Part shown: positions 1-8,394 of the stretch, one piece after another
Layout of the letters: every line of letters starts with the position of its first letter
Position numbering within the stretch: the first letter of the stretch is position 1
IMG/VR virus record: IMGVR_UViG_3300019854_000029
Coordinates: 1-64,000 of that record
Strand: one strand, 5' to 3'
DNA length: 64,000 nucleotides
Source: a virus
Position numbers and translations under genes: made by a program
The notes under the pieces: model-generated
What the model saw: only the letters and a program-made list of their open reading frames with translations
Databases searched by the model: none
What the model was told of the DNA's origin: nothing

Positions 1-429
1 ATGGTGTTTTTCATCAGTTTTCTTACATCAGTTTACATCAGTCATCAAAAAACGTCATCAACACGCCGGGATGCTAGTGTTTCCAACGAAACAGTGTTTT
101 GGGGGTAGCGTGCTGTACGCCCGTGACCGTGACCAAGAAACAAACCGTGCTATAGCGTCTCAAAACGTGGACTAGACGCTCAAAACGTGACCAACCAAAG
201 CATCATGCTATAAACCCGAAACTATATGACCAAGAAACCCATCTTCATGACCAAAGAGTGAAACTTCATGACCAAGGCGTAAAACACGCCCCAAAAACAG
301 GAGCGTGCGAAAAACAGAAACTATATGACCAAGAAAACAAACTTCATAACCAAGAACCGCGATTTCCATAACCGAGAAACACAACTATATGACCGAGGAA
401 CAAGTTCATGACCAAGGCGTTATAAACGC
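1..429. repeat. IR-L: left copy of a ~430-bp inverted repeat packed with iteron-like direct repeats (outer edge cut by window start)
   Basis: 1-429 is the reverse complement of 60799-61227. Positions 1-87 versus 61141-61227 differ at about one base by eye; the inner part is colinear but diverged. Eight phased copies of [TC]AT[GA]ACC[AG]AG start at 225,246,267 and 324,345,367,388,407 (19-22 bp period). There are also degenerate GTGACC copies at 122-195, two CTCAAAACGTG copies (159,179) and five CATCA(G) copies at 12-60. Confidence 0.9.
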
Positions 430-487
430 TGGTTTATGCCGTAATTGTGTGAGTATGGCTATGTTTGGAACGTGTCTTTGGGGGCTT

Positions 488-718
488 CTATCTTCGCCGG
501 ATGATCTCTTGCGCTCGCCACACTAAGTCGGCGGGCGTGGTGTGGAACGCTCGTGCAAGCTGCGCGATCTGGTTGATTTTGATGTCGCGTTCTGCGGAGA
601 GGATACGCATGAGAGTGCTTACGGGGATGCCGGATGCTTCGGATAGTTCGCGCACCGTCATGCCGCTAATGGCTCTTTCAGCGGAGACGGCTTTCGCGAT
701 AGCGTGGTTCATGTCCAT
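488..718 (-). CDS. XRE/Cro-type helix-turn-helix regulator
   Basis: 76-aa ORF. GMTVRELSEASGIPVSTLMRILS fits the Cro/C1 HTH pattern. It lies immediately inside IR-L. Confidence 0.8.
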   Translation of the reverse strand: MDMNHAIAKAVSAERAISGMTVRELSEASGIPVSTLMRILSAERDIKINQIAQLARAFHTTPADLVWRAQEIIRRR

Positions 719-808
719 GTCTCTAGAACACGCGGGCGGTGGGAGAGCGTGGGGATAAATGTGTCCCCGCCCCAGACGGTGCCGAGACGGGGACAGTCGG
801 AGAGATAG

Positions 809-2305
809 TTAGCGACCTGCCTTCTGGATGTCAGCAACCTGCTTGACAGTCATACCGAGGAGTAGAGCGATTGTTTCTTGCGCGTAGCCTTCCTTCGTGT
901 ACACCTGGACGCTACTAACTAGATCGCCTTCATCGAACTCGGGGACGAACACGGGGGCGGCTACGATCACCGAGTACGTGAAATAGAACCAGCCTTTCTT
1001 CGGGCCTCCCTCACGAAAGACTTCTTCCTTCCCACCGGGAATCAGAGTGAACTCGTCGGCTTGCGGGTCGTAAGCGACTAGCCTCGCCATGAGGCGCTTG
1101 CGTTCCTCAGTGTTCTTAGCGGAATCAACTCTGTGCAACGTGTCTTTAAGGAGCTTCGTGAGGCCACTGATGCGCTTCTGCCCGTATGGGGCGGTTTTCT
1201 CCATCAGGTGCCTATAGAGACTGGTTTCGACGGTGCGCAGAATCTTGCTCTCGAAAACGTGGTCAAGGTCGTTGTAGTACAGGCCCTTATACATTTCCTT
1301 TGACGGCGGGTACTTGACGAGCGAAATGACCGTCGCACACAGTCCCTCCAACAGGGACGATTTAATGCCGTCGTAAGAGTCAGCGGGGATAGAAGTGCGC
1401 CACACTTGCTTCCCGTCTTGCATGAGACGGTACACCCACGTGTCGAACCCGAACCTAGCGTCAAACGTCGCCGTGTATGTCAGGCCAGTGAACTGCCTGT
1501 CAATGTTCACGCTTGGCCCCATTGCTCGTAGGGAGTAAATGGAACCGGAAACTAGGAGGGGGGTTTCTTCTCTCATTGAGTATGTGAGCTTACCGGGGCT
1601 GTCTGTGGAAGCGAAAGTGAAAGCATCATCAGGCTCGCTATCCTTAGCGGGTTTTTCTTCCGCGTCTGCGTGGGCTGACACGATCTTGCGGTCAGGCATT
1701 CCAGACACGATTTCCAGCTCGCGTTCTTCGCCGCCCGCCTCCATCTCATCGAGACTGTAGGTCACCTCAAAACACGTTGTGAAACAATCGTTCTTAAAGT
1801 CGTAAGCCCGCAAGCATGAAGCATACTCAGCGTATTTCTTAGGGACCGGCGGCACGAACCACGTGAACAGGTTCGTGTCCAAATCCCACAGGAGCGAAAT
1901 ACCGTCCTCCGCATACGGGTGAGTCTTGACGAACTTTTCCGCCGCCTTCCGAGAGTCAAACACTCGACTGGGAGACCATTCTTCCTCCCCAGCGGGAGTG
2001 AACTGCGGGCGCTCAGCCCACAAGTAATAGTCCTCACCGGACTGGCAAACGAACCGCGCGGGGACACCTTCGGGGACGATATCGTCACCGGGGCCATCAA
2101 TCGCGATCTCGCTAATGTGCGCGGCATCGCGAATGATGGTCTCTAAGGTTTTCAAGACCTCGCTGATATCCCAACCGGCCTCAGTGTCATTGAGAATACG
2201 GTGAAGATTAGCTTCTAGGTTGAGTGCCCACTGGACGTGAGTGTGCTCAACGCGCCACTTCTTGCCTTCTTGTTTGATCGTCGCGTAAATGCCTGTTTGC
2301 GCCAT
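809..2305 (-). CDS. HTH superfamily, long form A1 (unknown function; C-terminal sigma-70 region-4-like HTH)
   Basis: 498 aa; first of three tandem paralogs. Shared motifs are G[IV]YATI near the N-terminus, LLWD[LM]D[TA]N.FTWF, RFG[FY]DT.V and C-terminal YTKEGY.Q..IAL[LI]L..[TS]VK[QE]V. Confidence 0.85.
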   Translation of the reverse strand: MAQTGIYATIKQEGKKWRVEHTHVQWALNLEANLHRILNDTEAGWDISEVLKTLETIIRDAAHISEIAIDGPGDDIVPEGVPARFVCQSGEDYYLWAERPQFTPAGEEEWSPSRVFDSRKAAEKFVKTHPYAEDGISLLWDLDTNLFTWFVPPVPKKYAEYASCLRAYDFKNDCFTTCFEVTYSLDEMEAGGEERELEIVSGMPDRKIVSAHADAEEKPAKDSEPDDAFTFASTDSPGKLTYSMREETPLLVSGSIYSLRAMGPSVNIDRQFTGLTYTATFDARFGFDTWVYRLMQDGKQVWRTSIPADSYDGIKSSLLEGLCATVISLVKYPPSKEMYKGLYYNDLDHVFESKILRTVETSLYRHLMEKTAPYGQKRISGLTKLLKDTLHRVDSAKNTEERKRLMARLVAYDPQADEFTLIPGGKEEVFREGGPKKGWFYFTYSVIVAAPVFVPEFDEGDLVSSVQVYTKEGYAQETIALLLGMTVKQVADIQKAGR

Positions 2306-2320
2306 GACGAGCCTGCTTTC

Positions 2321-3811
2321 TTACTTGTCGGCCATTGAGCGTTGAAGTGCGGCAACCTGCTTAACGGTCACGCCGAGGAGTAGTGCGATGGTGGGCTGAC
2401 TGTAGCCTTCCTTCGTGTAAAGCAGGGCTTCCATCTTCGGTTCTTGCCCGTGTTCACGCACAGGGATAGCGAGCACATCACGATACGAGCAGACAGCGAC
2501 CGCGCTTTGCATACGCGCCACAAGGTTGCGAGAGCCACTGAGAAGCATGTCGATCTTCCCGTCTCGCATGACAGCGAAACAACGGGATGCGTGACGTTCC
2601 CGGTCCTCTTGAGTTTCCGCTGTTTCAACATCCCGGTAGGTCGCGGCCAGCAGGTTCACGAACTTCGCCACGGGAGGCATGTCCGCTGCGTCGGGGTTTC
2701 GCCGGTTCAGCATGTCGATGAAGTCCATTACCTTACGGTGCCCGTAGGGGAAGTCGATCTTCTCGTCAAAGACTGCGTGCGGGTCGTTGTAGAGCAGGCC
2801 CTTCGTCATCTTCTCGGTCATGTCGTCGGGGTCGTAGGTGGCGACCGCCGTGTAGAGACCTTCGAGGAATACGTCGCCGTCTTGCCCGTCGATCTTCGGG
2901 GTGTGGCTCCACCGCCAGACTTGCTTACCGTCCTTGATGAGCTTGTACACCCACGTGTCGAACCCGAAACGAGTGTCAAGCGTTGCCGTGTAGGTCAGTC
3001 CTTGGAAATCGCGCGTGACGCGGGGCGTTGAAACAGAGTAGATGCTTCCGGTTACCGTGGTGGCCGGGCCGTCATCGTGGCGCTGCATGGTGTAGTTGAT
3101 TGTTTCGCCCGGGAGGTGGGCGGGCGTATAGGTTTCGCCCTTCTCGGGGCCTTCCTCACTGGGAGAAGAACTCTCACCAAAGAGGGGAATAATGTCCTTA
3201 CTGCTAGACCTGCCGAAAAACTCAACGTTCTCGATTTCCGGGGCCTTCATTTGCTCAAAGCTGTATGTCACGCGGCAGCAGAACCCATACTGTCCGGTCG
3301 CAAAGTTATATGCCCGAATACTGTAGTAGTCGCCTTCGGTGAACCATGTGAACGTGTTCGCGTCCAAGTCCCACAGGAGCGAAACAGCGTCCTGAACATG
3401 ATTGTGGGTGAATATGAACGTTTCTGCTGCTTTACGGGTCTTAAAAACTTTGGAGACAGAGAAGCGGTATTCCTTCGGTGTGTCCTTCGAGCGTTCTGCG
3501 CCACCTACACAGAAGCATTCTTTCTTGTCGCGCGAATAGACCAAGTATTCACTAGGAGTCTCATCGACCGATTGCTCAAAGTACTTATAGTCGTCTTGGA
3601 GATATTCAACCGCGCCGATATGTGCACAGTCGCGGATAACGTTTTTAAGGACATTCAGACACTTGTCTGCCTGCGTCCGTTCAGGGTCTTGGAGCAGATA
3701 GTTCAATACGTGGTGAAGATGTAGCGCCCATTGCACGGTGACGTGTTCTAGGACGTATTCTCCGGTTTCAGGGTTCTTCTGGATGGTTGCGTAAACGCCG
3801 CGTTGTCCCAT
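2321..3811 (-). CDS. HTH superfamily, long form A2
   Basis: The track ORF extends to 3907. I moved the start to ATG 3811 because MGQRGVYATI aligns with the A1/A3 N-termini and GGAGG lies 7 nt upstream. It carries the same motifs as A1. Confidence 0.85.
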   Translation of the reverse strand: MGQRGVYATIQKNPETGEYVLEHVTVQWALHLHHVLNYLLQDPERTQADKCLNVLKNVIRDCAHIGAVEYLQDDYKYFEQSVDETPSEYLVYSRDKKECFCVGGAERSKDTPKEYRFSVSKVFKTRKAAETFIFTHNHVQDAVSLLWDLDANTFTWFTEGDYYSIRAYNFATGQYGFCCRVTYSFEQMKAPEIENVEFFGRSSSKDIIPLFGESSSPSEEGPEKGETYTPAHLPGETINYTMQRHDDGPATTVTGSIYSVSTPRVTRDFQGLTYTATLDTRFGFDTWVYKLIKDGKQVWRWSHTPKIDGQDGDVFLEGLYTAVATYDPDDMTEKMTKGLLYNDPHAVFDEKIDFPYGHRKVMDFIDMLNRRNPDAADMPPVAKFVNLLAATYRDVETAETQEDRERHASRCFAVMRDGKIDMLLSGSRNLVARMQSAVAVCSYRDVLAIPVREHGQEPKMEALLYTKEGYSQPTIALLLGVTVKQVAALQRSMADK

Positions 3812-3888
3812 GACGGGGCCTCCAATTCTTTTGGGTGGAGCGATTGTCTTACCGCTAGGAAATGTTTCCTCTCGCCGCGTGAACATGG

Positions 3889-3937
3889 TTAAAAAATCCG
3901 GTCCCACGCGCTGTGCTCAACAGACGCATGGGACCGG
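3889..3937 (-). terminator. Rho-independent terminator after A3
   Basis: 9-bp stem CCGGTCCCA (3898-3906) / TGGGACCGG (3929-3937). On the minus strand it is followed by a U6 run (A-run 3891-3896 on plus). Confidence 0.7.
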
Positions 3938-3974
3938 GGATGAACTATTCGGATTTTCCGAACGGTTGGGCCTG

Positions 3975-5468
3975 CTACAAGCCGCGCTGGGACGCTGATA
4001 CTTCCTTAACGCTCATGGCAAGAATCAACGCGATACGTTCTTGCGTATAGCCTTCTTTCGTGTAGGCCAAGACGCTTTCTCGGAATGGCCGGTCTTGGGC
4101 TTGCGGGTGAACCAGCGGAGAGTTTGCGAGGTCTTTGTAAGCGATGACGTGCGTGCGAGGCCCAGTGGCCTGTTTCGCTTTCTTCTTGGCTTCTGTCGCG
4201 CCGATAGCCTGCGCGAACACGCCGTTTTGCCAGTCAACGATGAAGTACGTGGTTCTAAGGCGCGTTTTTTCCTGCCGGGTTTCCGCTTTCTCTATGGCTT
4301 TGAGCGTCATTGCAGCGCTGAGTGTTAGGCGTTCAGCTAGGTTCATCTCACCGGCAGACAGTCCTTCACTGCGCGGAACGCTCACGTCACGCACACCCGC
4401 GTAGATGTAGACCTTGTAGGTGTCGAGGAGAAGATGCTTAGCTTTGTCTTGGAACAAGGTCCAGTCGTCGTTGTAGCGTAGACCGTCTTTCACGCCGATC
4501 ATCAACTCATCGCGGTTATCGGCAATATGCCTTGCGGTGGCGCACAGCGACTCGAACACGGCTTCCCTCATGTTCTTATAGGTAGAGGGATTACGGCTTG
4601 TTCTAAACACGGGTTTTTTATCGCGGTAGAACGTGACAACCAAAGTGTCGTAACCGAACCGCTTGTCGAGGACGACCTTGAACGAGGTGGGTTCCCACTG
4701 TTCGTGTTCCTTACCGTGAACAAGGATTTTCTCAATAGTCCCGGTGAGACTGGTTTCCGTGTTTTCTTTGCCTTTCCGGTACTCGATAACCACTGGCAGG
4801 AGCTTGCTCTCATACTCCTCTGGGGGGCGCTGCTCTAAGGGGGTGCGGTAAAGCGGGATTTCAGGGAGCCGGTGGCGTGATTCGCCGTTGATAGCGTTGA
4901 CCACGGCCCGGCGGTCACACATCTGCTCGAACGTGTAAGTCACGGCAGAACAACTCTCAACCTTCTCTAGGCCGAAATTGAACGCGACGAAACTGTAGCG
5001 TTTCCCCGGAGCGGTGAACCACGTGAACGTGTTCGCGTCCATATCCCATAGGAGGTTCTTGCTCATTAAAACGGGAGAGTAGTGGTTGTAGATAGCGTCG
5101 AGAGCTTCCTGTCGAGAATCAAACACTCGCTCATCAAAGTCACGCTCAAACGCGGGTACGTCGCTAGAGAGCCGCATGTTTGCGACTAAAAGTTTTTGCG
5201 TCTTATCTTCCGTGAATAAAGCAGCCCAATCGTCGTGAGCTTCAGCTTCTTCTGCCGAGCACTCTGTGATTGCGTGGATGCTTTCACAGTCCTTGATGAC
5301 TTTCAGTAAGACATCGAGGACTTTATATGGGTCCCAGCCCTGTTGGGGGAGAGACATCATGTGGTGGATTGAGTCATGGCTGATGCTCGTGTTTCCCACT
5401 TCAACGATACGGACAAGTGTTTTCCCGTCTTTGCGTTGGTTAATGGTCGCGTAAATACCTTCCGACAT
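3975..5468 (-). CDS. HTH superfamily, long form A3
   Basis: 497 aa; has the MSEGIYATI, LLWDMDANTFTWF, RFGYDTLV and YTKEGYTQERIALILAMSVKEV motifs. AAGGAAAGAAG lies upstream of the ATG. Confidence 0.85.
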   Translation of the reverse strand: MSEGIYATINQRKDGKTLVRIVEVGNTSISHDSIHHMMSLPQQGWDPYKVLDVLLKVIKDCESIHAITECSAEEAEAHDDWAALFTEDKTQKLLVANMRLSSDVPAFERDFDERVFDSRQEALDAIYNHYSPVLMSKNLLWDMDANTFTWFTAPGKRYSFVAFNFGLEKVESCSAVTYTFEQMCDRRAVVNAINGESRHRLPEIPLYRTPLEQRPPEEYESKLLPVVIEYRKGKENTETSLTGTIEKILVHGKEHEQWEPTSFKVVLDKRFGYDTLVVTFYRDKKPVFRTSRNPSTYKNMREAVFESLCATARHIADNRDELMIGVKDGLRYNDDWTLFQDKAKHLLLDTYKVYIYAGVRDVSVPRSEGLSAGEMNLAERLTLSAAMTLKAIEKAETRQEKTRLRTTYFIVDWQNGVFAQAIGATEAKKKAKQATGPRTHVIAYKDLANSPLVHPQAQDRPFRESVLAYTKEGYTQERIALILAMSVKEVSASQRGL

Positions 5469-5505
5469 GCTGCTTCTTTCCTTTCCGGTAAGCGAAACAG
5501 GTTGC

Positions 5506-5522
5506 GTTCTTATTTAGAGAAC
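5506..5522. promoter_or_regulatory. Palindromic operator-like site upstream of A3
   Basis: GTTCT-tatttag-AGAAC, 38-55 nt upstream of the A3 start. It shares AGAA/TTCT half-sites with the palindrome at 46793-46807 and a TATTTAG core with the recurring upstream element. Confidence 0.3.
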
Positions 5523-5623
5523 CACCTAGACGGGCAACAAACTCCGGTTAAAACAGGGGAGTGCCCGTGCCGCACGTGAATGCGACACAGGCACCCGCAC
5601 TGTGTATTTCTGGTTCTAGCCCT

Positions 5624-6013
5624 TCACCGGGTCTTGACGGTTCTTGTCGGGCCTGATTCCAGCCCAAATAGTCGCCATCCAGACGAGTCAACCATAAGGC
5701 AATCAAGCACATGGCTAATGGTCAACGGCTCATGCAAAAAACATCTGACAGTCCTAGCCGTACCACCATCAAAAGAACGCCCCTTACAGTCGTCAAAAAT
5801 CTCAAACGTCACTCGCACCCAACGGAAGATGTCTGTTGGCTGAGGTCTCGTCTGAAAAATGCTCACCCGGTAGTTAATCGGAGAAGCGCTGGGCTTTGTT
5901 GGGTCAGGCAGGGAAAGCACGCCGCCCGTGTTGATAGCGCCGCGCGGCCTTTGCCACTCCATCACGGCAGTTCCGGCCCGCGTATCCACGACCTCACGGT
6001 TAGAAAACATCAT
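5624..6013 (-). CDS. hypothetical protein
   Basis: Track ORF 5624-6019 uses a GTG start. ATG 6013 has AGGAAG 5 nt upstream. The start region overlaps the stop of the upstream gene (GTGA). No recognisable motif. Confidence 0.55.
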   Translation of the reverse strand: MMFSNREVVDTRAGTAVMEWQRPRGAINTGGVLSLPDPTKPSASPINYRVSIFQTRPQPTDIFRWVRVTFEIFDDCKGRSFDGGTARTVRCFLHEPLTISHVLDCLMVDSSGWRLFGLESGPTRTVKTR

Positions 6014-6015
6014 GG

Positions 6016-6318
6016 TCACTTCCTAGAGCATTCTTTCGCGTGAGAGTACAAGGTGTTCATGTCTTGCAGTGATACGCCTTGGACGCTGCTAGTGTCTTGG
6101 ATTTGCCGGAGAACGTGGTCACTGATTTCCCCTTGGCTTTTCTCGACCATGCACTGTGAGACGCTGGCGCTGTAGCCGCCGAACTCTAAGACACCGCCCG
6201 GCACGTATTCTTTAGCCCACGGGTTGTATTGGACGAAAAGGTAAACGAGGGCCGCTAAGACGGCGAGCAAAATAAGTGTTTTCACTAGGCCGATAGTCTT
6301 GAAGATGAGCTTAACCAA
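6016..6318 (-). CDS. small membrane-anchored protein
   Basis: The track ORF runs to 6354 (TTG). An internal TTG at 6318 is preceded by GAAAGGA. The hydrophobic KTLILLAVLAALVYLFV indicates a single TM or signal anchor. The start is uncertain. Confidence 0.55.
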   Translation of the reverse strand: MVKLIFKTIGLVKTLILLAVLAALVYLFVQYNPWAKEYVPGGVLEFGGYSASVSQCMVEKSQGEISDHVLRQIQDTSSVQGVSLQDMNTLYSHAKECSRK

Positions 6319-6340
6319 AACACGGGTCCTTTCTAGAGAA

Positions 6341-6377
6341 AGCCTCTCTACCAACCGGGTTGACTGGTAGAGAGGCT
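6341..6377 (-). terminator. 13-bp perfect hairpin downstream of rsr
   Basis: AGCCTCTCTACCA (6341-6353) pairs with TGGTAGAGAGGCT (6365-6377) around an 11-nt loop. On the minus strand it is followed by UUCUCU. Confidence 0.6.
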
Positions 6378-6430
6378 AGTCATGTTCTTTCCTCCACGGT
6401 TAAACACTTAAAGCTATGCGCCTGTCGCGC

Positions 6431-8017
6431 TTATTCCCACGGCCACTTTTGGGTGATGCCACGTTCAAGGAGAGGAATCATGTTGAAAGCGTTATCGGTG
6501 AGGCCACCGAACGTCCATCGCAAGGGCCGTGAGGCTCCCTGTGCTACGGCGTATCCGTCGAGGTTCCACGTGAACACGGGAGTGTTCTCAGCGAAACTGT
6601 CGAGAACGTTATCGACTGAGCGGCCCCAAGAGTTCATTGAGGTCTGTTCGTCAGTCAAAATGATGACGCGATCATACGTTTCACCGTTCGCGTATGCGTA
6701 CTCGATAGCGCGGTCAGTGTAAGTTCCGCCGTAAGAGCTGGGCATGGCTTCCGTTGCGCGCAAAAGGTCGCGAGTATCTACTCGAATATCCTTTGCGTTT
6801 TCTGCGAAAGCGACGACGCGAACGTTTTCGCCTCGGATAGCGAGCGCAGCCGCAAACACGTTAGCAGCGTCCTGACGAGTCAAACTAGAGCGCTCAGACA
6901 AGGCAGCGTGCATTGAGCCGGACGTATCAAGGAGAACGAGAGTACGGCCCTTGAGTGCGGGAACCGCCGACAAAGAGGCGTTAGCTGCCCGCTGCAAAGC
7001 AGGAGCGAAATCTAACGGCGTGTTCTTGTAGGCAGAGTAGAACGCGACGGGGAGAGTACGCGAGGCGCGTGCTTCTTCACGGTCTCCAATACGCTTTGAC
7101 ACGGTGTCTAGCAAACTGTCGGGAACGTCCTCTGTTTCTGCGATACGACGCAAGCTCATGCGCAGCGCCGTGTAGCCCATAAAAGGAACAAGGGACTCCC
7201 ACACGCTCGCGGGAACCTTACGCAAAGCACTGGAAACAACTTCAATACTCAAAGCTGCTTCCTTAATGACTTTCTCACTATCGAGGCCAGTTAGGGCCTC
7301 GATCTGCTTCTCGACAGGCAGAGACAGGAACGCTCGACGCGCACGAATAGTCTCCAATCCCTCAGCAGAGTTAGCTTTTCCGTATGACTCATCGAGGACG
7401 AGGCGAACAAGGCGAGACTGTGCCTCATTACGGGGGGAGAGGTGTACGAGGTTGATAACGTCACGCAGCTTGACGGTGCCTGAGTTCATGCGCCCGTTCC
7501 ACTTCAAGTACGAGCGCTCATTCAAGAGCGCCTTGAGAGCGTCGGACACGCCTCGACGCACACACGAGGGGACGTTTCGACCGTAGTTGCTCAGCCACCC
7601 GGCAAGGAAATCGCCGGTTTCGTCCAAACGGCCAATGGAAGCCCTAACGATCTCGCGATTGTAGCCGGAAAGCCCAGCTTCAAGGCGAGCCTTAACGACA
7701 CTCATTGCGACGATCATGGGGACAGAACGTAGGCCAACATCTTTACGGAGCCAACCCACAAGCCCGAGAACCCATTCAGGAGAGTTCAATACTTCTTCTT
7801 CGCGTGCGAGGCGCTGAATACGCTCAGTGCGTTCGTTAGCGGTTTCGTAGAACGTGTCCTCATTCAGTGAGGTGACGGCAGCGAGAAACAGTTCGCTCTT
7901 AGGGGTGCGGGTATAACCCAAGGCACCTTCATGAGTGAGAGCAACGCGGTCTGTGGTAGCGACCGGCGTGGTTGCAGTGTTTTTAGGGCGAGCGGTTCGC
8001 GTATTCATGCGCGACAT
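6431..8017 (-). CDS. rsr: Ro60-related protein (Rsr): TROVE domain + von Willebrand A domain
   Basis: The N-terminal part is TROVE-like (HEGALGYTRTPKSELFLAAVTSLNEDTFYE...). The C-terminal vWA has a complete MIDAS (LLDTSGSM ... GGTYT ... LTDEQ). I set the start at ATG 8017 (GGAGG 5 nt upstream); the track start is 8029. Confidence 0.85.
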   Translation of the reverse strand: MSRMNTRTARPKNTATTPVATTDRVALTHEGALGYTRTPKSELFLAAVTSLNEDTFYETANERTERIQRLAREEEVLNSPEWVLGLVGWLRKDVGLRSVPMIVAMSVVKARLEAGLSGYNREIVRASIGRLDETGDFLAGWLSNYGRNVPSCVRRGVSDALKALLNERSYLKWNGRMNSGTVKLRDVINLVHLSPRNEAQSRLVRLVLDESYGKANSAEGLETIRARRAFLSLPVEKQIEALTGLDSEKVIKEAALSIEVVSSALRKVPASVWESLVPFMGYTALRMSLRRIAETEDVPDSLLDTVSKRIGDREEARASRTLPVAFYSAYKNTPLDFAPALQRAANASLSAVPALKGRTLVLLDTSGSMHAALSERSSLTRQDAANVFAAALAIRGENVRVVAFAENAKDIRVDTRDLLRATEAMPSSYGGTYTDRAIEYAYANGETYDRVIILTDEQTSMNSWGRSVDNVLDSFAENTPVFTWNLDGYAVAQGASRPLRWTFGGLTDNAFNMIPLLERGITQKWPWE

Positions 8018-8044
8018 AATTGCCTCCATTATTGGCGTGTTTAT

Positions 8045-8138
8045 TTAGAAAAAAAGAGGTGGCGTTAGAGGAAAGACGAACTAGGTGAAAAAACATATCC
8101 ATCATGTAGTAACCCAGTTCAGCGCTTCTAACGCCACC
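8045..8138 (-). ncRNA. Y-RNA-like two-helix stem-loop with U-tract (alternatively an oversized terminator of the tRNA gene)
   Basis: 12-bp perfect stem (8058-8069 / 8127-8138). A second 9-bp helix (8078-8086 / 8112-8120) has one non-Watson-Crick pair, which is G.U on the minus strand but A.C on the plus strand. The apical loop is 25 nt, and UCUUUUUUU follows on the minus strand. The element starts 3 nt after the tRNA 3' end and ends 28 nt before the rsr start. Confidence 0.45.
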
Positions 8139-8140
8139 AG

Positions 8141-8231
8141 CGGAGCGAGTGGGAGTCGAACCCACGGAACGAGTTGTTTCCCGTTCACTTCATTAGCAGT
8201 GAAGCCCTTTCGGCCACTCAGGCACCGCTCC
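8141..8231 (-). tRNA. tRNA-Ser (anticodon GCU), class II, CCA not encoded
   Basis: The 91-nt manual fold has acceptor GGAGCGG/TCGCTCC (one G.U) and a 3-bp D stem with a GG loop. The anticodon stem is CTTCA/TGAAG with loop CTGCTAA. A long variable arm forms a GAACGGG/CTCGTTC stem. The T arm is GTGGG-TTCGACT-CCCAC and the discriminator is G. Confidence 0.9.
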
Positions 8232-8332
8232 TTTGGGGTGCCCCCTCCCCAAGGAAAGCAGAGTCAGTATTGACAGCAGAGAGGGGGCGTATTGAGTTAT
8301 GTTGTTGTGAACTGCGCACACCTGAATGATGT

Positions 8333-8356
8333 GTACCTAAATTGTAGGAGTATGGC
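8333..8356 (-). promoter_or_regulatory. Recurring upstream element, copy 1 (upstream of tRNA-Ser)
   Basis: The minus strand reads GCCATACTCCTACAATTTAGGTAC, about 20 of 24 identical by eye to 43564-43587 and 58029-58052. It lies 102 nt upstream of the tRNA 5' end in the same orientation. Confidence 0.5.
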
Positions 8357-8394
8357 AGTTCGTTAAGCAAGCTACTTTGGTGTGAACTAGGCCA

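Noticed and set aside
1-429. Repeat arrays as a CRISPR locus
   Set aside because: The repeats are about 10 bp with a 21-bp period, so there are no spacer-sized unique segments. There are no cas genes, and the array is duplicated in inverted orientation.
8141-8231. tRNA-Ser as an integration (att) site
   Set aside because: The tRNA is complete. I saw no direct repeat of its 3' half elsewhere in the window. Element-type genes lie on both sides of it.
8085-8273. 62-aa plus-strand ORF
   Set aside because: It overlaps the tRNA-Ser gene and the Y-like stem on the opposite strand.
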